A DNA stretch of 64,000 nt. Source: Planctomycetota bacterium. GTDB lineage: Bacteria; Planctomycetota; UBA11346. The position numbers and the translations under genes are program-made. Below the pieces are notes generated by a model, which worked only from the letters and a program-made list of their open reading frames with translations, did no database searches and was not told where the DNA came from. Location of the stretch: contig PLEW01000036.1 of the NCBI GenBank assembly GCA_003136555.1, positions 6,640 through 70,639 on the forward strand, given 5' to 3'. Shown piece after piece: positions 1 through 9,318 of this stretch (the first letter of the stretch is position 1; every line of letters starts with the position of its first letter).

Positions 1-1
1 G

Positions 2-1003
2 CTAGCGCGCGGGATCGAGGTCCCCAACGATGCCATGCCGGTGGCGGGCAGCGTGTTCTGGAACCTGGAGCAGTGGAATCCCCCCGCGGAATGGCGCACG
101 GCGTGTGCCCCGGAGCCGCCGCGCATGGTGGTCGAGCGGGTGGGGCCGGAGCCCTGGGAACGCCTGGTCAACCATGTCGGCCGGCACTTCAGCCTCGCCT
201 CCGCCGGCTTCAGCTACGGCAACATGGACCAGCCGGTGACGATGTGCGTCGACGGTGGCGGCAAGATCCCGATGATGAATCTGTTCATGGACGGCCGCGG
301 CGATCCTTATGGCCGCGAGAAGATCACCAGTGGGAGCGGGCCCCACCACAAGGCGCTGCACCTGGTCCCGTTCCTGGCTAGCGTGCAGCGCGATGCCGAG
401 GTCCTGGTCGCGCTCGCCATCGATCCGTCGGGGCGCAATCTCGGGCACAGCGAGGAAGAGATCACCCAGCTCAGCACCGAGCTCGTCCTGCCTCTCGTCG
501 ATGCCGTGCACATCAACGGACGCAGCATGCCGCTGAAGGACACGCCGATCCCGCCGGGCGCCGTGGTGGTGGTCGTCAAAGGCGACGTGGCACTGGGCAT
601 CAGAGTCCTCCAGGCACGCGGCGATGGCGGCGAGGCGGTGCCGGTGACGTTCCTGGTCGACGGTCGCGAGCATGGCGCCTGCCGACTGGCCATTCAGCAT
701 GCCACCGGCAAGCCCACCGTCCCCGCCTCGGCCGTGCTGTGGCTGCGCGCCGCCGAGGGTCTTGATGAGGCCGGCATCGCCCATTTCGCCTCCACCTTCG
801 CCGCGGCCAAGGCGACGGTCAGCGGCTCGCCCGCCCTGCTCACGCTCGAGGTAGCCGGCCAGTCAGCACCTATGGGCATGGAACTCGATCTGGTCCATGG
901 GACGCGCATGAGGCTGACCGGTGGTCAGGCAGATGACGGTGCGCCATTGCAAGTGAATGGGCACGCCATCGCCCAACCCCGCGGTCAGCCGGCGAGCCGC
1001 TGA
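2..1003 (+). CDS. hypothetical protein, 5' end probably outside the window
   Basis: ORF 35..1003 has diverse, protein-like composition. The frame stays open back to position 2. No motif recognised. Convergent with the downstream minus-strand gene. Confidence 0.45.
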   Translation, partial: LARGIEVPNDAMPVAGSVFWNLEQWNPPAEWRTACAPEPPRMVVERVGPEPWERLVNHVGRHFSLASAGFSYGNMDQPVTMCVDGGGKIPMMNLFMDGRGDPYGREKITSGSGPHHKALHLVPFLASVQRDAEVLVALAIDPSGRNLGHSEEEITQLSTELVLPLVDAVHINGRSMPLKDTPIPPGAVVVVVKGDVALGIRVLQARGDGGEAVPVTFLVDGREHGACRLAIQHATGKPTVPASAVLWLRAAEGLDEAGIAHFASTFAAAKATVSGSPALLTLEVAGQSAPMGMELDLVHGTRMRLTGGQADDGAPLQVNGHAIAQPRGQPASR

Positions 1004-1019
1004 CCACCGGCCTGCTGCC

Positions 1020-2201
1020 TCAGTGGACCACGGAGACGGTCGGTGGCTCCGCCCAGTCGTTCCAGCGGCGGTTGAGATCGCTGGCATCGGCCGCCCCATC
1101 GCCGACCACCAGGCGGTAGCGCAGCACCAGCGGCGTGGCCGGGACAATCGACCAGGCGCCGAGCTGCGACGGGGCGTAGCAGAAGAAGGGCTCGGTGGGA
1201 TTGATGCGCATCGGCTGGGGGCTGCGGTAGTTCTCGGGATGGTCGAGGACCGCCACGCCAGCGAGATGCCCATCGACCAGGCCGCCGAGGTGGCACCAGC
1301 GGCCGCGGGTCTCATTGGCATCGGCGCGCGTCTTGCCCTCGCTGGTGAGGACGATGAAGCTGTCCTTGCCGTCCCAGGCGCGGTTGCCGCGCACCCCCAG
1401 GCCGCCGTAGCGGTAGGGCGTCAGCACCAGCGGCCGGTCGGTGGCGCAGCGCTGGATGACCACCAGGTCGATGACCAGCACCGGATGGTCGCCCAGGGGC
1501 GCCTCGATGGTGACATCCCAGGTTTCATCGAGCACCGTCACCGCCGGGGTTGCGCCCAGATCCCGGTAGCGATGGCTGGCATGGAAGCCGGCCCAGCGCG
1601 CGCCGAACCAGACCGGATCGCGGCTCACCGCCTCGATGGTGCCGAGATGCTGGCCCATGTTCCAGAAATCGGGGGTGCGTCCGTCGAAGCTGGTCTTGGT
1701 CCAGGCGAACCACACGCCGTGCTGATGCTTATGGTCAGGTGGATAGTCATCGGTGACCAGGGCACCCGACGGCGTGAGCAGGCGGGCGATATAGCCGCCG
1801 CGCCGGAAGGCGGGGTCGACGCCGTCCGGCAGCTCGCCGGGACCGCCCTGGTAGGTGCACAGCTCCCGCCCGGCCTGCTCGACCCGCAGCGCATCGCCGA
1901 GCTCGCGCGCGGTCAGGACGGCTGGCGCCGGGGCCGCATCGGGGACGAGGTGGAAATGGCGCTGCTGGTGCGCGGCCATGTCGGGCAGGGTGGCATGCGC
2001 CACGCGGTGCACGTCGATCTGCGCCGCCGACGAAAACCCGTCCCCGCTCAATCGCCAGGTCCCGGCCGCCGTGCCAGCCGGCAGCGCAAGCTGGATAGTG
2101 GTGCCCTGGCGATCGTGGGCGCCGGCATCGACGATGATCTCGCAGCCCGGTTCGGCGGCCCGAGCGGACAGTGCCAGTGCAAGCAGGAGGATCGAGCGCA
2201 T
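1020..2201 (-). CDS. secreted PmoA-like (DUF6807-type) family protein, function unknown
   Basis: 393-aa ORF with a cleavable-looking signal peptide MRSILLLALALSARAAEP. The family assignment is from memory of DUF6807/PmoA-like proteins that are common in Planctomycetes/Verrucomicrobia. It is not a computed match. Confidence 0.55.
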   Translation of the reverse strand: MRSILLLALALSARAAEPGCEIIVDAGAHDRQGTTIQLALPAGTAAGTWRLSGDGFSSAAQIDVHRVAHATLPDMAAHQQRHFHLVPDAAPAPAVLTARELGDALRVEQAGRELCTYQGGPGELPDGVDPAFRRGGYIARLLTPSGALVTDDYPPDHKHQHGVWFAWTKTSFDGRTPDFWNMGQHLGTIEAVSRDPVWFGARWAGFHASHRYRDLGATPAVTVLDETWDVTIEAPLGDHPVLVIDLVVIQRCATDRPLVLTPYRYGGLGVRGNRAWDGKDSFIVLTSEGKTRADANETRGRWCHLGGLVDGHLAGVAVLDHPENYRSPQPMRINPTEPFFCYAPSQLGAWSIVPATPLVLRYRLVVGDGAADASDLNRRWNDWAEPPTVSVVH

Positions 2202-2351
2202 CGGGACTCCGCACAGGTGGGCTGCCTGCCCACGACGGGAGTCTGCCAGCCGCCCCGGAGCTGGCCATGGCCAAGCGGTCCGTCGGCGCGATCCGCGCAG
2301 ATTCCCGCTGTCTCCGCCAGGGTGCCCGCGACCAGTTGCGTCCCCAACGCC

Positions 2352-4427
2352 TCAGGTCCGCTGCTCCAGCGCCTCCTCGGCGACGAATTGGCGATGGAGC
2401 TCGGCATAGCGCCCCTGGGCGGCCAGCAGCTCGGCGTGGCTCCCCGACTCGACGATGCGGCCATGATGCAGCACCAGGATGCGGTCGCAGCTGCGGATGG
2501 TGGACAGGCGGTGGGCGATGATCACCGCCGACCGTCCAGACAGCAGCTTGCGCAGGCCATCCTGGACCAGCGCTTCGGTCTGGCTGTCGATATGCGCGGT
2601 CGCCTCATCGAGGATCAGCAGTTCCGGATCGTGGATGATCGCGCGCGCGAGCGCGATCAGCTGCCGCTCGCCGGAGGAGATGGTACCGCCGCGTTCGCCC
2701 AGGCGATGGGCGAGGCCGCCTGGCAGCCGTGCGAGCACGCGATCGGCATGCACGGCGGCGGCGCTGCGCAGCAGGAGGCTCTCGTCGCACGGCCGGAACA
2801 GGGTCAGATTGTCCGCCATGGTGCCGGCATAGAGCTGGACATCCTGGGAGACGGTAGCGATGCGGCTGCGCAGCCAGGCACGATCGCAGTCGCGCAGGTC
2901 GATGCCATCGGCGGTGATGCGGCCCTGCTGCGGATCGTGGGACCGCACCAGCAGGCTGGCGAGGGTGGACTTTCCCGAGCCGGTGGCCCCCACCAGCGCG
3001 ATGCGCTCCCCGGGCGCCACGGTGAATGAGACCTGCTCGAGCACCCAGGGCGGCGCGCTCCCGCCGCTGCGCCCAGGATAGCGGAACGACACCCCGCTGA
3101 TGCACAGCGTGCCGAGCTGCGGCGGCCGCAGGGTGCCGGTGGCCTGCTCCTGCGGCTGGTCGAGCAGGACGAAGATGCGTTCGCCCGCCGCCACCGCCGC
3201 CTGGGTCAGATTGTACTTTTCCGCCAGATCGCGGATGGGCGCGAATGCCATCTCGATATAGGACATGAAGGCGACCAGTCCGCCGATCGTCAGCCAGCCC
3301 CAGCTGACCGCATGGCCGCCGATCAGCAGCACCACCGCGGCGCATACCGTCCCGGTGAAGGCGATCAGGGGCAGGAACAGGCCATTGAGGCGCATCTGCC
3401 GCAGTCCGGTCAGGTATTCCGCCTGGTTGATGGTGGCGAAGCGCGCCTGCATCGCCACTTCCTGGGCCGAAGCCTGCACAGTGCGCCAACCGGTGAGCGA
3501 CTCGGCGAGGAAGCTGTTCAGTTGGCTGAGGCGGCTGCGCAGCTCGCGATTGATGGCTCGTGAGCGCTTGCGGAAGACCCAGCTGATCAGCAGCACCAAT
3601 GGCGAGCAGGACACGACTGCCAGCGCCAGGCGCCATTCCAGCAGGATCAGGAGGGCCATGCCGCCGACGATCATCAGGCAATCGCGGATGACGGTGATCA
3701 GCACGCCGGTGAAGAGCTCCTCGACCGCGGCAATGTCATTGGTCGCGCGGGTGACCAGGCGTCCGACCGGCTGGGCATCGTAGAACGAGGCCGGCAGGCG
3801 CAGCAGATGCCCGATCACCTCGGTGCGCAGATCGGTGATGATGCGCTGCCCGGTCGAGCGCAGCAGCCGCCCGAGCACGATATTGACCAGGAAGCGCACC
3901 ACCAGCACGCCGAGCAGCACCCCAGCAAGGTCCACCAGCAGCTGCACTTGGCCACGGCGCAGGTGCAGGCGCTCGGCCGCTGTACTGCCCGCCAGCTCAT
4001 CGACCGGCAGGAAGCGCCGCCCGGCGCAGGTGAGGACCGGGAGGATGGTGCCATCAGTGGGCGCCAGCTCGATGCAGCGCTGCACCTTTCCCTCGTGAGT
4101 CAGATCCAGCGCATCGGCCTGGGCGAGGGTGCCAGCGTCGACCATGAGCGCGCCACCATCGAGCGCGAGCGCCCCCTGGGCGCGCAAGTGGTCGCGCAGC
4201 GCTGAGGTCGCTTCTACCACGCGCCATGGCGGCGCGAGCGCCCGATCGATGATCACCTTGGTCGCCCAGGGGACCGCCAGATCGCAGAGGATGGCGCTGA
4301 CTGCCAGCACCAGGCACACCGCCATGGCCAGACGGTAGGGCTGTGCCCGCTGGATCAGCCTCCAGAGATCGCGATGAGCGATGCGCGTGACCAGCTGGGC
4401 CTCATCCAGGTCCACTCCCGAGCTCAT
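2352..4427 (-). CDS. ABC exporter, fused permease-ATPase (type I exporter fold) with an unusual ~95-aa extracytoplasmic loop between TM1 and TM2
   Basis: Walker A GATGSGKST, signature ISSGERQLIALARA, Walker B LLILDEAT. The N-terminal ABC_membrane-type TM region carries a long hydrophilic insert after TM1. Confidence 0.9.
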   Translation of the reverse strand: MSSGVDLDEAQLVTRIAHRDLWRLIQRAQPYRLAMAVCLVLAVSAILCDLAVPWATKVIIDRALAPPWRVVEATSALRDHLRAQGALALDGGALMVDAGTLAQADALDLTHEGKVQRCIELAPTDGTILPVLTCAGRRFLPVDELAGSTAAERLHLRRGQVQLLVDLAGVLLGVLVVRFLVNIVLGRLLRSTGQRIITDLRTEVIGHLLRLPASFYDAQPVGRLVTRATNDIAAVEELFTGVLITVIRDCLMIVGGMALLILLEWRLALAVVSCSPLVLLISWVFRKRSRAINRELRSRLSQLNSFLAESLTGWRTVQASAQEVAMQARFATINQAEYLTGLRQMRLNGLFLPLIAFTGTVCAAVVLLIGGHAVSWGWLTIGGLVAFMSYIEMAFAPIRDLAEKYNLTQAAVAAGERIFVLLDQPQEQATGTLRPPQLGTLCISGVSFRYPGRSGGSAPPWVLEQVSFTVAPGERIALVGATGSGKSTLASLLVRSHDPQQGRITADGIDLRDCDRAWLRSRIATVSQDVQLYAGTMADNLTLFRPCDESLLLRSAAAVHADRVLARLPGGLAHRLGERGGTISSGERQLIALARAIIHDPELLILDEATAHIDSQTEALVQDGLRKLLSGRSAVIIAHRLSTIRSCDRILVLHHGRIVESGSHAELLAAQGRYAELHRQFVAEEALEQRT

Positions 4428-6163
4428 ACGTGGTCCTCGACGGCCTGCTCGGCCTGCTGGAGCGCCGCGATCCGGGCATAGAGGCCATCGGCACGCAGGA
4501 GGTCCTCATGGCGGCCCCGCTCGACCACCCGGCCCTGGTCGAGCACCAGGATCTGGTCGGCATCGCAGAGCGTGCGTACGCGGTGGCTGATCACCACCGT
4601 GGTGCGTCCCTGGCGTGCCTGTCGGAGATTGCGCAGCAGCTGCGTCTCGGTCCCGGGATCGACCGCCGAGAGGCAGTCGTCGAGCACCAGGATGGGGGCA
4701 TCGCAGAGCAGCGCGCGGGCGATGGCGAGGCGCTGGCGCTGGCCGCCGGAGATGGTCACCCCCCGCTCCCCCAGCAGGGTGCCGTAGCCGGCAGGCATGC
4801 GCGCGATGTCGTCATGGAAGCAGGCCATGCGCGCCGCGGCTTCCACGGCGGCATCGCCGGCATCCGGCTGGGCGAAGGCGATGTTGTCGCGCACGCTGAC
4901 GGCGAAGACGAATGGCTCCTGCGGCACCAGGGCCACCTGCCGGCGCAGCTCGCCGAGGCCAAGCGCGCGGACATCGATGCCACCCACGCACACCCGCCCG
5001 GCGCTGGGATCGACCAGGCGGATCACCAGCTCGGCGAGAGTGGTCTTGCCCGAGGCCGTGGTACCGATCACGCCAAGGGTGGTGCCGGGAGGGATCGCGC
5101 AGGAGATGTCGGTGAGCGCATCGCCGGTGGCGCCGGGATGGCGCACCGTCACCGCCTCGAGGGCGATGCCTGCGCGCGCAGGGATAGCCTGGGGCAGGAG
5201 CGGATCGCGGATCTCCGGCTCGGTGTCGAGCACCTGCTGGATGCGCGCCATCGAGGCCATGCCGCGCGTCCAGAGATTGACCGACCAGCCGATCGCCATC
5301 ATCGGCCAGGTCATCAGCGCCAGGAAGGCGATGAAGGCGACTAGGCTGCCCAGGCTCAACGCGCCCTCCAAGACCGCACTGCCGCCATAGCGCAGCGCCA
5401 GGATCATCGCGGACCCGGCCAGCACCGCGATCACCGGATCGTAGAGCGCATCCAGACGCACCAGCTCCAGTCCGCGTGCGAGGGTGTGGCGGTTGGTCAC
5501 TTCCAGCTTGGCCGCATAATCGGCCTCATGGGCATGCAGGGCGATGGTCCTGATGCCGGAGAGCGCCTCACGGACCTCCTCGGTCAGGAGCGCGAAGGTC
5601 TCCTGCACGCGCTCGAAGCGGGTGTAGAGCCGCTTGCCCGCCTGCCATTGGAACAGGGCGATCAGCGCCAGGGGACTGCAGGCGATCAGCGCCAGGTTCG
5701 GCAGGATGTGCATCATCGCGGCGCTGCTGATGACGATGAGGAAGAGCGCGTCGAAGAGCGACAGCACCCCGAAGCCGCACGCCTGTGCAACCGCCTCGAG
5801 GTCATTGGTGGCCAGCGCCATCTGCTCACCGGTGCTGCGACGGTGGTGGAAGGCGCCATCCAGGCGCTGCAGCTGGGTGTAGAGCGCCAGGCGCAGGTCC
5901 CGGCGGATGCGTCGCGCCGCGCCGACGATCATCAGGCGCCAGAGATAGCGCAGGCCGATCATCGCGATCCCCACCACCACCATGCATGCCGCATAGGCGG
6001 ACAGGCGATCGGTGCGACCGTCGCCCAGGTCATCGATGGCGGCGCGGGTGAGGAAGGGGATCGCCATCTGGATCGCATCGACGATGCCCAGGGCGGCCAG
6101 CCCTAGGATCATGCGCAGACGATGGCGCCAGAGCCAGCGCAGAAGGAGATGCAGATTGCGCAT
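4424..6163 (-). CDS. ABC exporter, fused permease-ATPase; probable heterodimer partner of 2352..4427
   Basis: Walker A GTTASGKTT, signature ISGGQRQRLAIARAL, Walker B ILVLDDC. 4-nt overlap with the downstream ABC gene. Start placed at MRNLHLLLRWLW, preceded by AGGGG. Alternative starts lie at 6187 and 6280. Confidence 0.85.
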   Translation of the reverse strand: MRNLHLLLRWLWRHRLRMILGLAALGIVDAIQMAIPFLTRAAIDDLGDGRTDRLSAYAACMVVVGIAMIGLRYLWRLMIVGAARRIRRDLRLALYTQLQRLDGAFHHRRSTGEQMALATNDLEAVAQACGFGVLSLFDALFLIVISSAAMMHILPNLALIACSPLALIALFQWQAGKRLYTRFERVQETFALLTEEVREALSGIRTIALHAHEADYAAKLEVTNRHTLARGLELVRLDALYDPVIAVLAGSAMILALRYGGSAVLEGALSLGSLVAFIAFLALMTWPMMAIGWSVNLWTRGMASMARIQQVLDTEPEIRDPLLPQAIPARAGIALEAVTVRHPGATGDALTDISCAIPPGTTLGVIGTTASGKTTLAELVIRLVDPSAGRVCVGGIDVRALGLGELRRQVALVPQEPFVFAVSVRDNIAFAQPDAGDAAVEAAARMACFHDDIARMPAGYGTLLGERGVTISGGQRQRLAIARALLCDAPILVLDDCLSAVDPGTETQLLRNLRQARQGRTTVVISHRVRTLCDADQILVLDQGRVVERGRHEDLLRADGLYARIAALQQAEQAVEDHV

Positions 6164-6316
6164 CAGACCCCTGGCAGGGGGGGCCATTCGACCACCAGCA
6201 CGCACCCCGCCCACCTCCGCTTGGCTGACCTCGCAGAAGGCGTCACGGCTGACGTCTCGTGCAGTAGACCGGCGGGGCACAGGTGAGCCTGGACGAGGTG
6301 GGGCACCGCCACTGCC

Positions 6317-6400
6317 TCAGCCCTGGCGCAGGAACTGGATGTACTCCGCCCACAGGCTGTCGATGTCCTTGCCGGTCTCGGCGGTGAAGACATCGAGGAC
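6317..6400 (-). other. in-frame 27-codon continuation of the BSP peptidase ORF directly after the TAG, ending at TGA 6317..6319
   Basis: Reverse complement of 6320..6400 translates as VLDVFTAETGKDIDSLWAEYIQFLRQG. This is protein-like and resembles the conserved C-terminus of BSP-family proteins (..VDxLWxxYxxxY/FG). Confidence 0.5.
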
Positions 6401-7444
6401 CTAGCTGTTGGGGATGCGCATCGCGGCATTGAGCTTGAAGCAGATGCCCTTCTTCTTGTGGTCTTCGAGCCACATCAGGAACGCCGCGGTGGTCTTGTAG
6501 GCATCGGTGTACTTGGCCTTGTTCGGGTCCGGCTTGATCTCCACCGGCATGAACAGCCGGTTGCGGACGTAATCGGCCAGCCCCTCGGTGAGCCAGCCGA
6601 GATGATCGTGGCCTGAGACGCCGCTATATCCTTGGACGATATGGAAGGATTCGTGGATGATCAGCGCAGTATCGTCGGGGTGCTGGACGGCCCACAGCTT
6701 GGAGACATGGATCTCGGAGATGCCGTCGCCGGCGGTGGTCGCATAGGCCACGCCCTTGTTGAGATCGAACAGCAGCCGGACCACCGAGCGCTGCGGCGGA
6801 GCCTCCGGGGTATCGAACATATCGGTGAACGTGGGATACCATTCTTCGCACAGGGACTTGCAGGTCTCGGCGAACGGCTTGGCCTCCGGAGCGTCATGGT
6901 AATCGACCAGGAAGCGCGTGCGGAAGCGGATGGGCGGCAGCCTCGCGACCCCGGCGAGGGTGATTTCGTTGATCGCCAGGGGCGAGGAGTCTGCCTCGGT
7001 GACGAGGATGCGCAGGGCGCGCACCGACCCCTCGATGGAGGAGACCGTCGCATGGCCATCGGTGAAGGGCACTGCGGTCTGGAACGCCGCCCCGTCGTGC
7101 GACAGCGCCAATTCGCCATGCGCGAGCTGGTACTGGTGATCGGGCGTCCCGGTCGAGACCGAGATGCCGATGACGTGCAGATCCGCTGGCAGAGCCACGG
7201 TCAGGTCGTCGCCCGCCTTGACCCCGCCGCGGGTGAGGAAGTAGGTCGACGCGGAGCCGTCGAAGGCGAGCTTGGGCAGGTGGTGATCCTTGACCGGCAT
7301 GCTCGTGCTGACATCGATGGTCCCGCCGGCATTCGGCTGAGCCGCTGGAGGGGCAGCTGGGCCTTCTCCCGCGTCTGCCCTGGCCAGGGCACCCGAGCAC
7401 AGGAGGAAACTGCCGAGAAGCAGCAGTCGAACAGGCAGGTGCAT
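6401..7444 (-). CDS. secreted BSP-family (plant basic secretory protein / PF04450-like) putative zinc metallopeptidase with N-terminal F5/8 type C (discoidin-like) domain; ORF ends at an in-frame TAG
   Basis: Signal peptide MHLPVRLLLLGSFLLCSGALA. HEXXH motif in IIHESFHIVQGY. The discoidin-like N-terminal half reads LAFDGSASTYF...LRILVTEADSSPLAINEITL. Start chosen at the ATG at 7442..7444, preceded by AGGA. Confidence 0.75.
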   Translation of the reverse strand: MHLPVRLLLLGSFLLCSGALARADAGEGPAAPPAAQPNAGGTIDVSTSMPVKDHHLPKLAFDGSASTYFLTRGGVKAGDDLTVALPADLHVIGISVSTGTPDHQYQLAHGELALSHDGAAFQTAVPFTDGHATVSSIEGSVRALRILVTEADSSPLAINEITLAGVARLPPIRFRTRFLVDYHDAPEAKPFAETCKSLCEEWYPTFTDMFDTPEAPPQRSVVRLLFDLNKGVAYATTAGDGISEIHVSKLWAVQHPDDTALIIHESFHIVQGYSGVSGHDHLGWLTEGLADYVRNRLFMPVEIKPDPNKAKYTDAYKTTAAFLMWLEDHKKKGICFKLNAAMRIPNS

Positions 7445-7838
7445 GGGAAGTGGTCCTGTGGGTGGTCGCGCGGGATGATCCGGCAACCGGTGCATCCAAG
7501 CCAGTCTGCCTGGCTCTGAACCTGGAGGAAGTCCTCGTCCAGGCAGCGGGCGCACAGCGGTGTGTTTGCTATGCCGGACACGTTTCCAATATACTATACG
7601 CGATGACGATGAGGGTCAAGCCATCTTACATGCGCTTCTGCAGGCTGTCGCACCCTCCTGCCCGGTGCGCTCGCCGGTACGGCTCAGGGCGGCTTCGTGT
7701 GCACAGCCCGCTTGCCGCAGCGCGCACCTGGTCGGCACGCAGCGTGCAAGGGAGCGGGTCCCGGTCCTTGACTCGCCCCCCTGTCGGCGAGGTTCTCTGC
7801 CGCACTCCTCCCCTGTCCACCCCGTCCGGCGAGATCCA

Positions 7839-8726
7839 ATGCCACGCTCATCCCCCGTCGCCGCAAGCGGAACCTTCACCCTGGGCGACCGCACCATCCA
7901 CCGACTCGGTTTCGGCGCCATGCAGCTCACCGGGAAGGGCGTTTGGGGTCCGCCACGTGATCGCACCGCATGCCACCTGGTGCTGCGCCGGGCGCTCGAG
8001 CTCGGCATCGATTTCATCGATACCGCGGATTCCTATGGCCCTCATGTCAGCGAGGAGCTGATCAAGGAGGCGCTCCATCCCTATCCCGACGACCTGGTGA
8101 TCGCCACCAAGGCCGGCCTGCTGCGCACCGGACCGGATCGCTGGGTCCCTCTCGGCCGGCCGGATTACCTGCGCCAGGAATGCGAGATGAGCCTGCGGCG
8201 ACTCGGCGTGGAACGCATCGCTCTCTTCCAGCTGCACCGCATCGATCCGACCGTGCCAGCGGCCGAGCAGTTCGGCCTGCTGCGCGATCTGCAGCACGAG
8301 GGCAAGATCCAGCACGTCGGCCTCTCGGAAGTGACGGTGGCTGAGATCGAGGCGGCGCGGCGCATCGTGCCGATCGTCAGCGTCCAGAACCGCTACAACC
8401 TCATCGACCGTCAGGCCGAGGTCGTCCTGGCCCACTGCACGACCCACGGCATCGGCTTCATCCCCTGGTTCCCACTCGCCAACGGCCAGCTCTCGCGGCC
8501 CGGGAGCGTGCTCGACCGGCTGGCGGTCGAGACCGGCGCCAGCGCGAGCCAGCTCGCCCTGGCATGGCTGCTGCGCCGTTCTCCGGTGATGTTGCCGATC
8601 CCGGGCACCGCCTCAGTGGTCCACCTCGAGCAGAACTGCGCTGCCGCGCAGCTCCAGCTGACCGATGTCCAGCAGGCGGCGCTGACCAGCGCCGGAGCGT
8701 CCAGCGAGCGCAAGCAAGCAACCTGA
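7839..8726 (+). CDS. aldo/keto reductase family oxidoreductase
   Basis: AKR hallmarks IDTADSYG, conserved Lys region LVIATKAG, C-terminal [14 protein letters not shown]. Start at ATG 7839 (MPRSSPV), inside the longer ORF 7560..8726. Confidence 0.85.
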   Translation: MPRSSPVAASGTFTLGDRTIHRLGFGAMQLTGKGVWGPPRDRTACHLVLRRALELGIDFIDTADSYGPHVSEELIKEALHPYPDDLVIATKAGLLRTGPDRWVPLGRPDYLRQECEMSLRRLGVERIALFQLHRIDPTVPAAEQFGLLRDLQHEGKIQHVGLSEVTVAEIEAARRIVPIVSVQNRYNLIDRQAEVVLAHCTTHGIGFIPWFPLANGQLSRPGSVLDRLAVETGASASQLALAWLLRRSPVMLPIPGTASVVHLEQNCAAAQLQLTDVQQAALTSAGASSERKQAT

Positions 8727-8759
8727 CGACGATCCCGCGAGCGCCCACGCGGTGCGCCA

Positions 8760-9035
8760 TCACTCCCGCTCGTTGACCACCGCGAGTCCATCGACGGCGG
8801 GCGGCGCACGACCGGCCGCCAGACCCCCGATGCAGATCGCCAGGCTCCATCCTGCCCACAGCACAAAGGCATGCGCGTAGGCGCCGGCACCAGGCTGCTG
8901 CTCCCGGCTCCATCCGGCGCTCAGCCAGATGAGGACCACCCAGGCAGCGCCCACGAGGGCGGTGGTGCGCATGGCTTCGCGAACGCAACGATCGCCCCAG
9001 GGCAGCAGGTACAACCGCTCCTGCCGCACACCCAC
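8760..9035 (-). CDS. possible small membrane protein (two predicted TM helices)
   Basis: ORF with hydrophobic stretches ALVGAAWVVLIWLSAGW and AFVLWAGWSLAICIGGLAA. Starts with GTG and has no clear RBS. Could be spurious in this GC-rich intergenic space. Confidence 0.2.
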   Translation of the reverse strand: MGVRQERLYLLPWGDRCVREAMRTTALVGAAWVVLIWLSAGWSREQQPGAGAYAHAFVLWAGWSLAICIGGLAAGRAPPAVDGLAVVNERE

Positions 9036-9318
9036 CGGAGGCAGACCACGCAGCGCTCGGGCGGCGGCACAGGTGAGACCGCCCCCTCATCGTGGACTGG
9101 AGTGGGCCCCGATGGATGACCTGGCGGCAGCATGAACACCTGACACGAGGGGCATCGTCCGACCCAGAGCGCTGACCAGCTGGTGTGAGAGCCGCGCTCC
9201 CTGTTCCCTCCGACGTTCACACCCTGCGCGTCGACAGCGGTGCATGGCGGATGATGCTCGGAAAGCGTGTGTCGATCCGTTCTCGGTGATCATGGCAACA
9301 GCATCAGCGCGTGGCCCA

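Noticed and set aside
957-3029. 690-aa plus-strand ORF, and many similar long ORFs such as 1747..2274, 2605..3681, 15402..17927, 19633..20829, 34373..35155, 35424..37145, 38913..40221, 44737..47625 and 50419..52005
   Set aside because: They are antisense to genes with clear motifs (ABC transporter, PSD1, GH20, CheA, MCP, kinases). Their translations are dominated by Arg/Ala/Gly/Pro runs with no motifs. These are typical GC-driven spurious ORFs.
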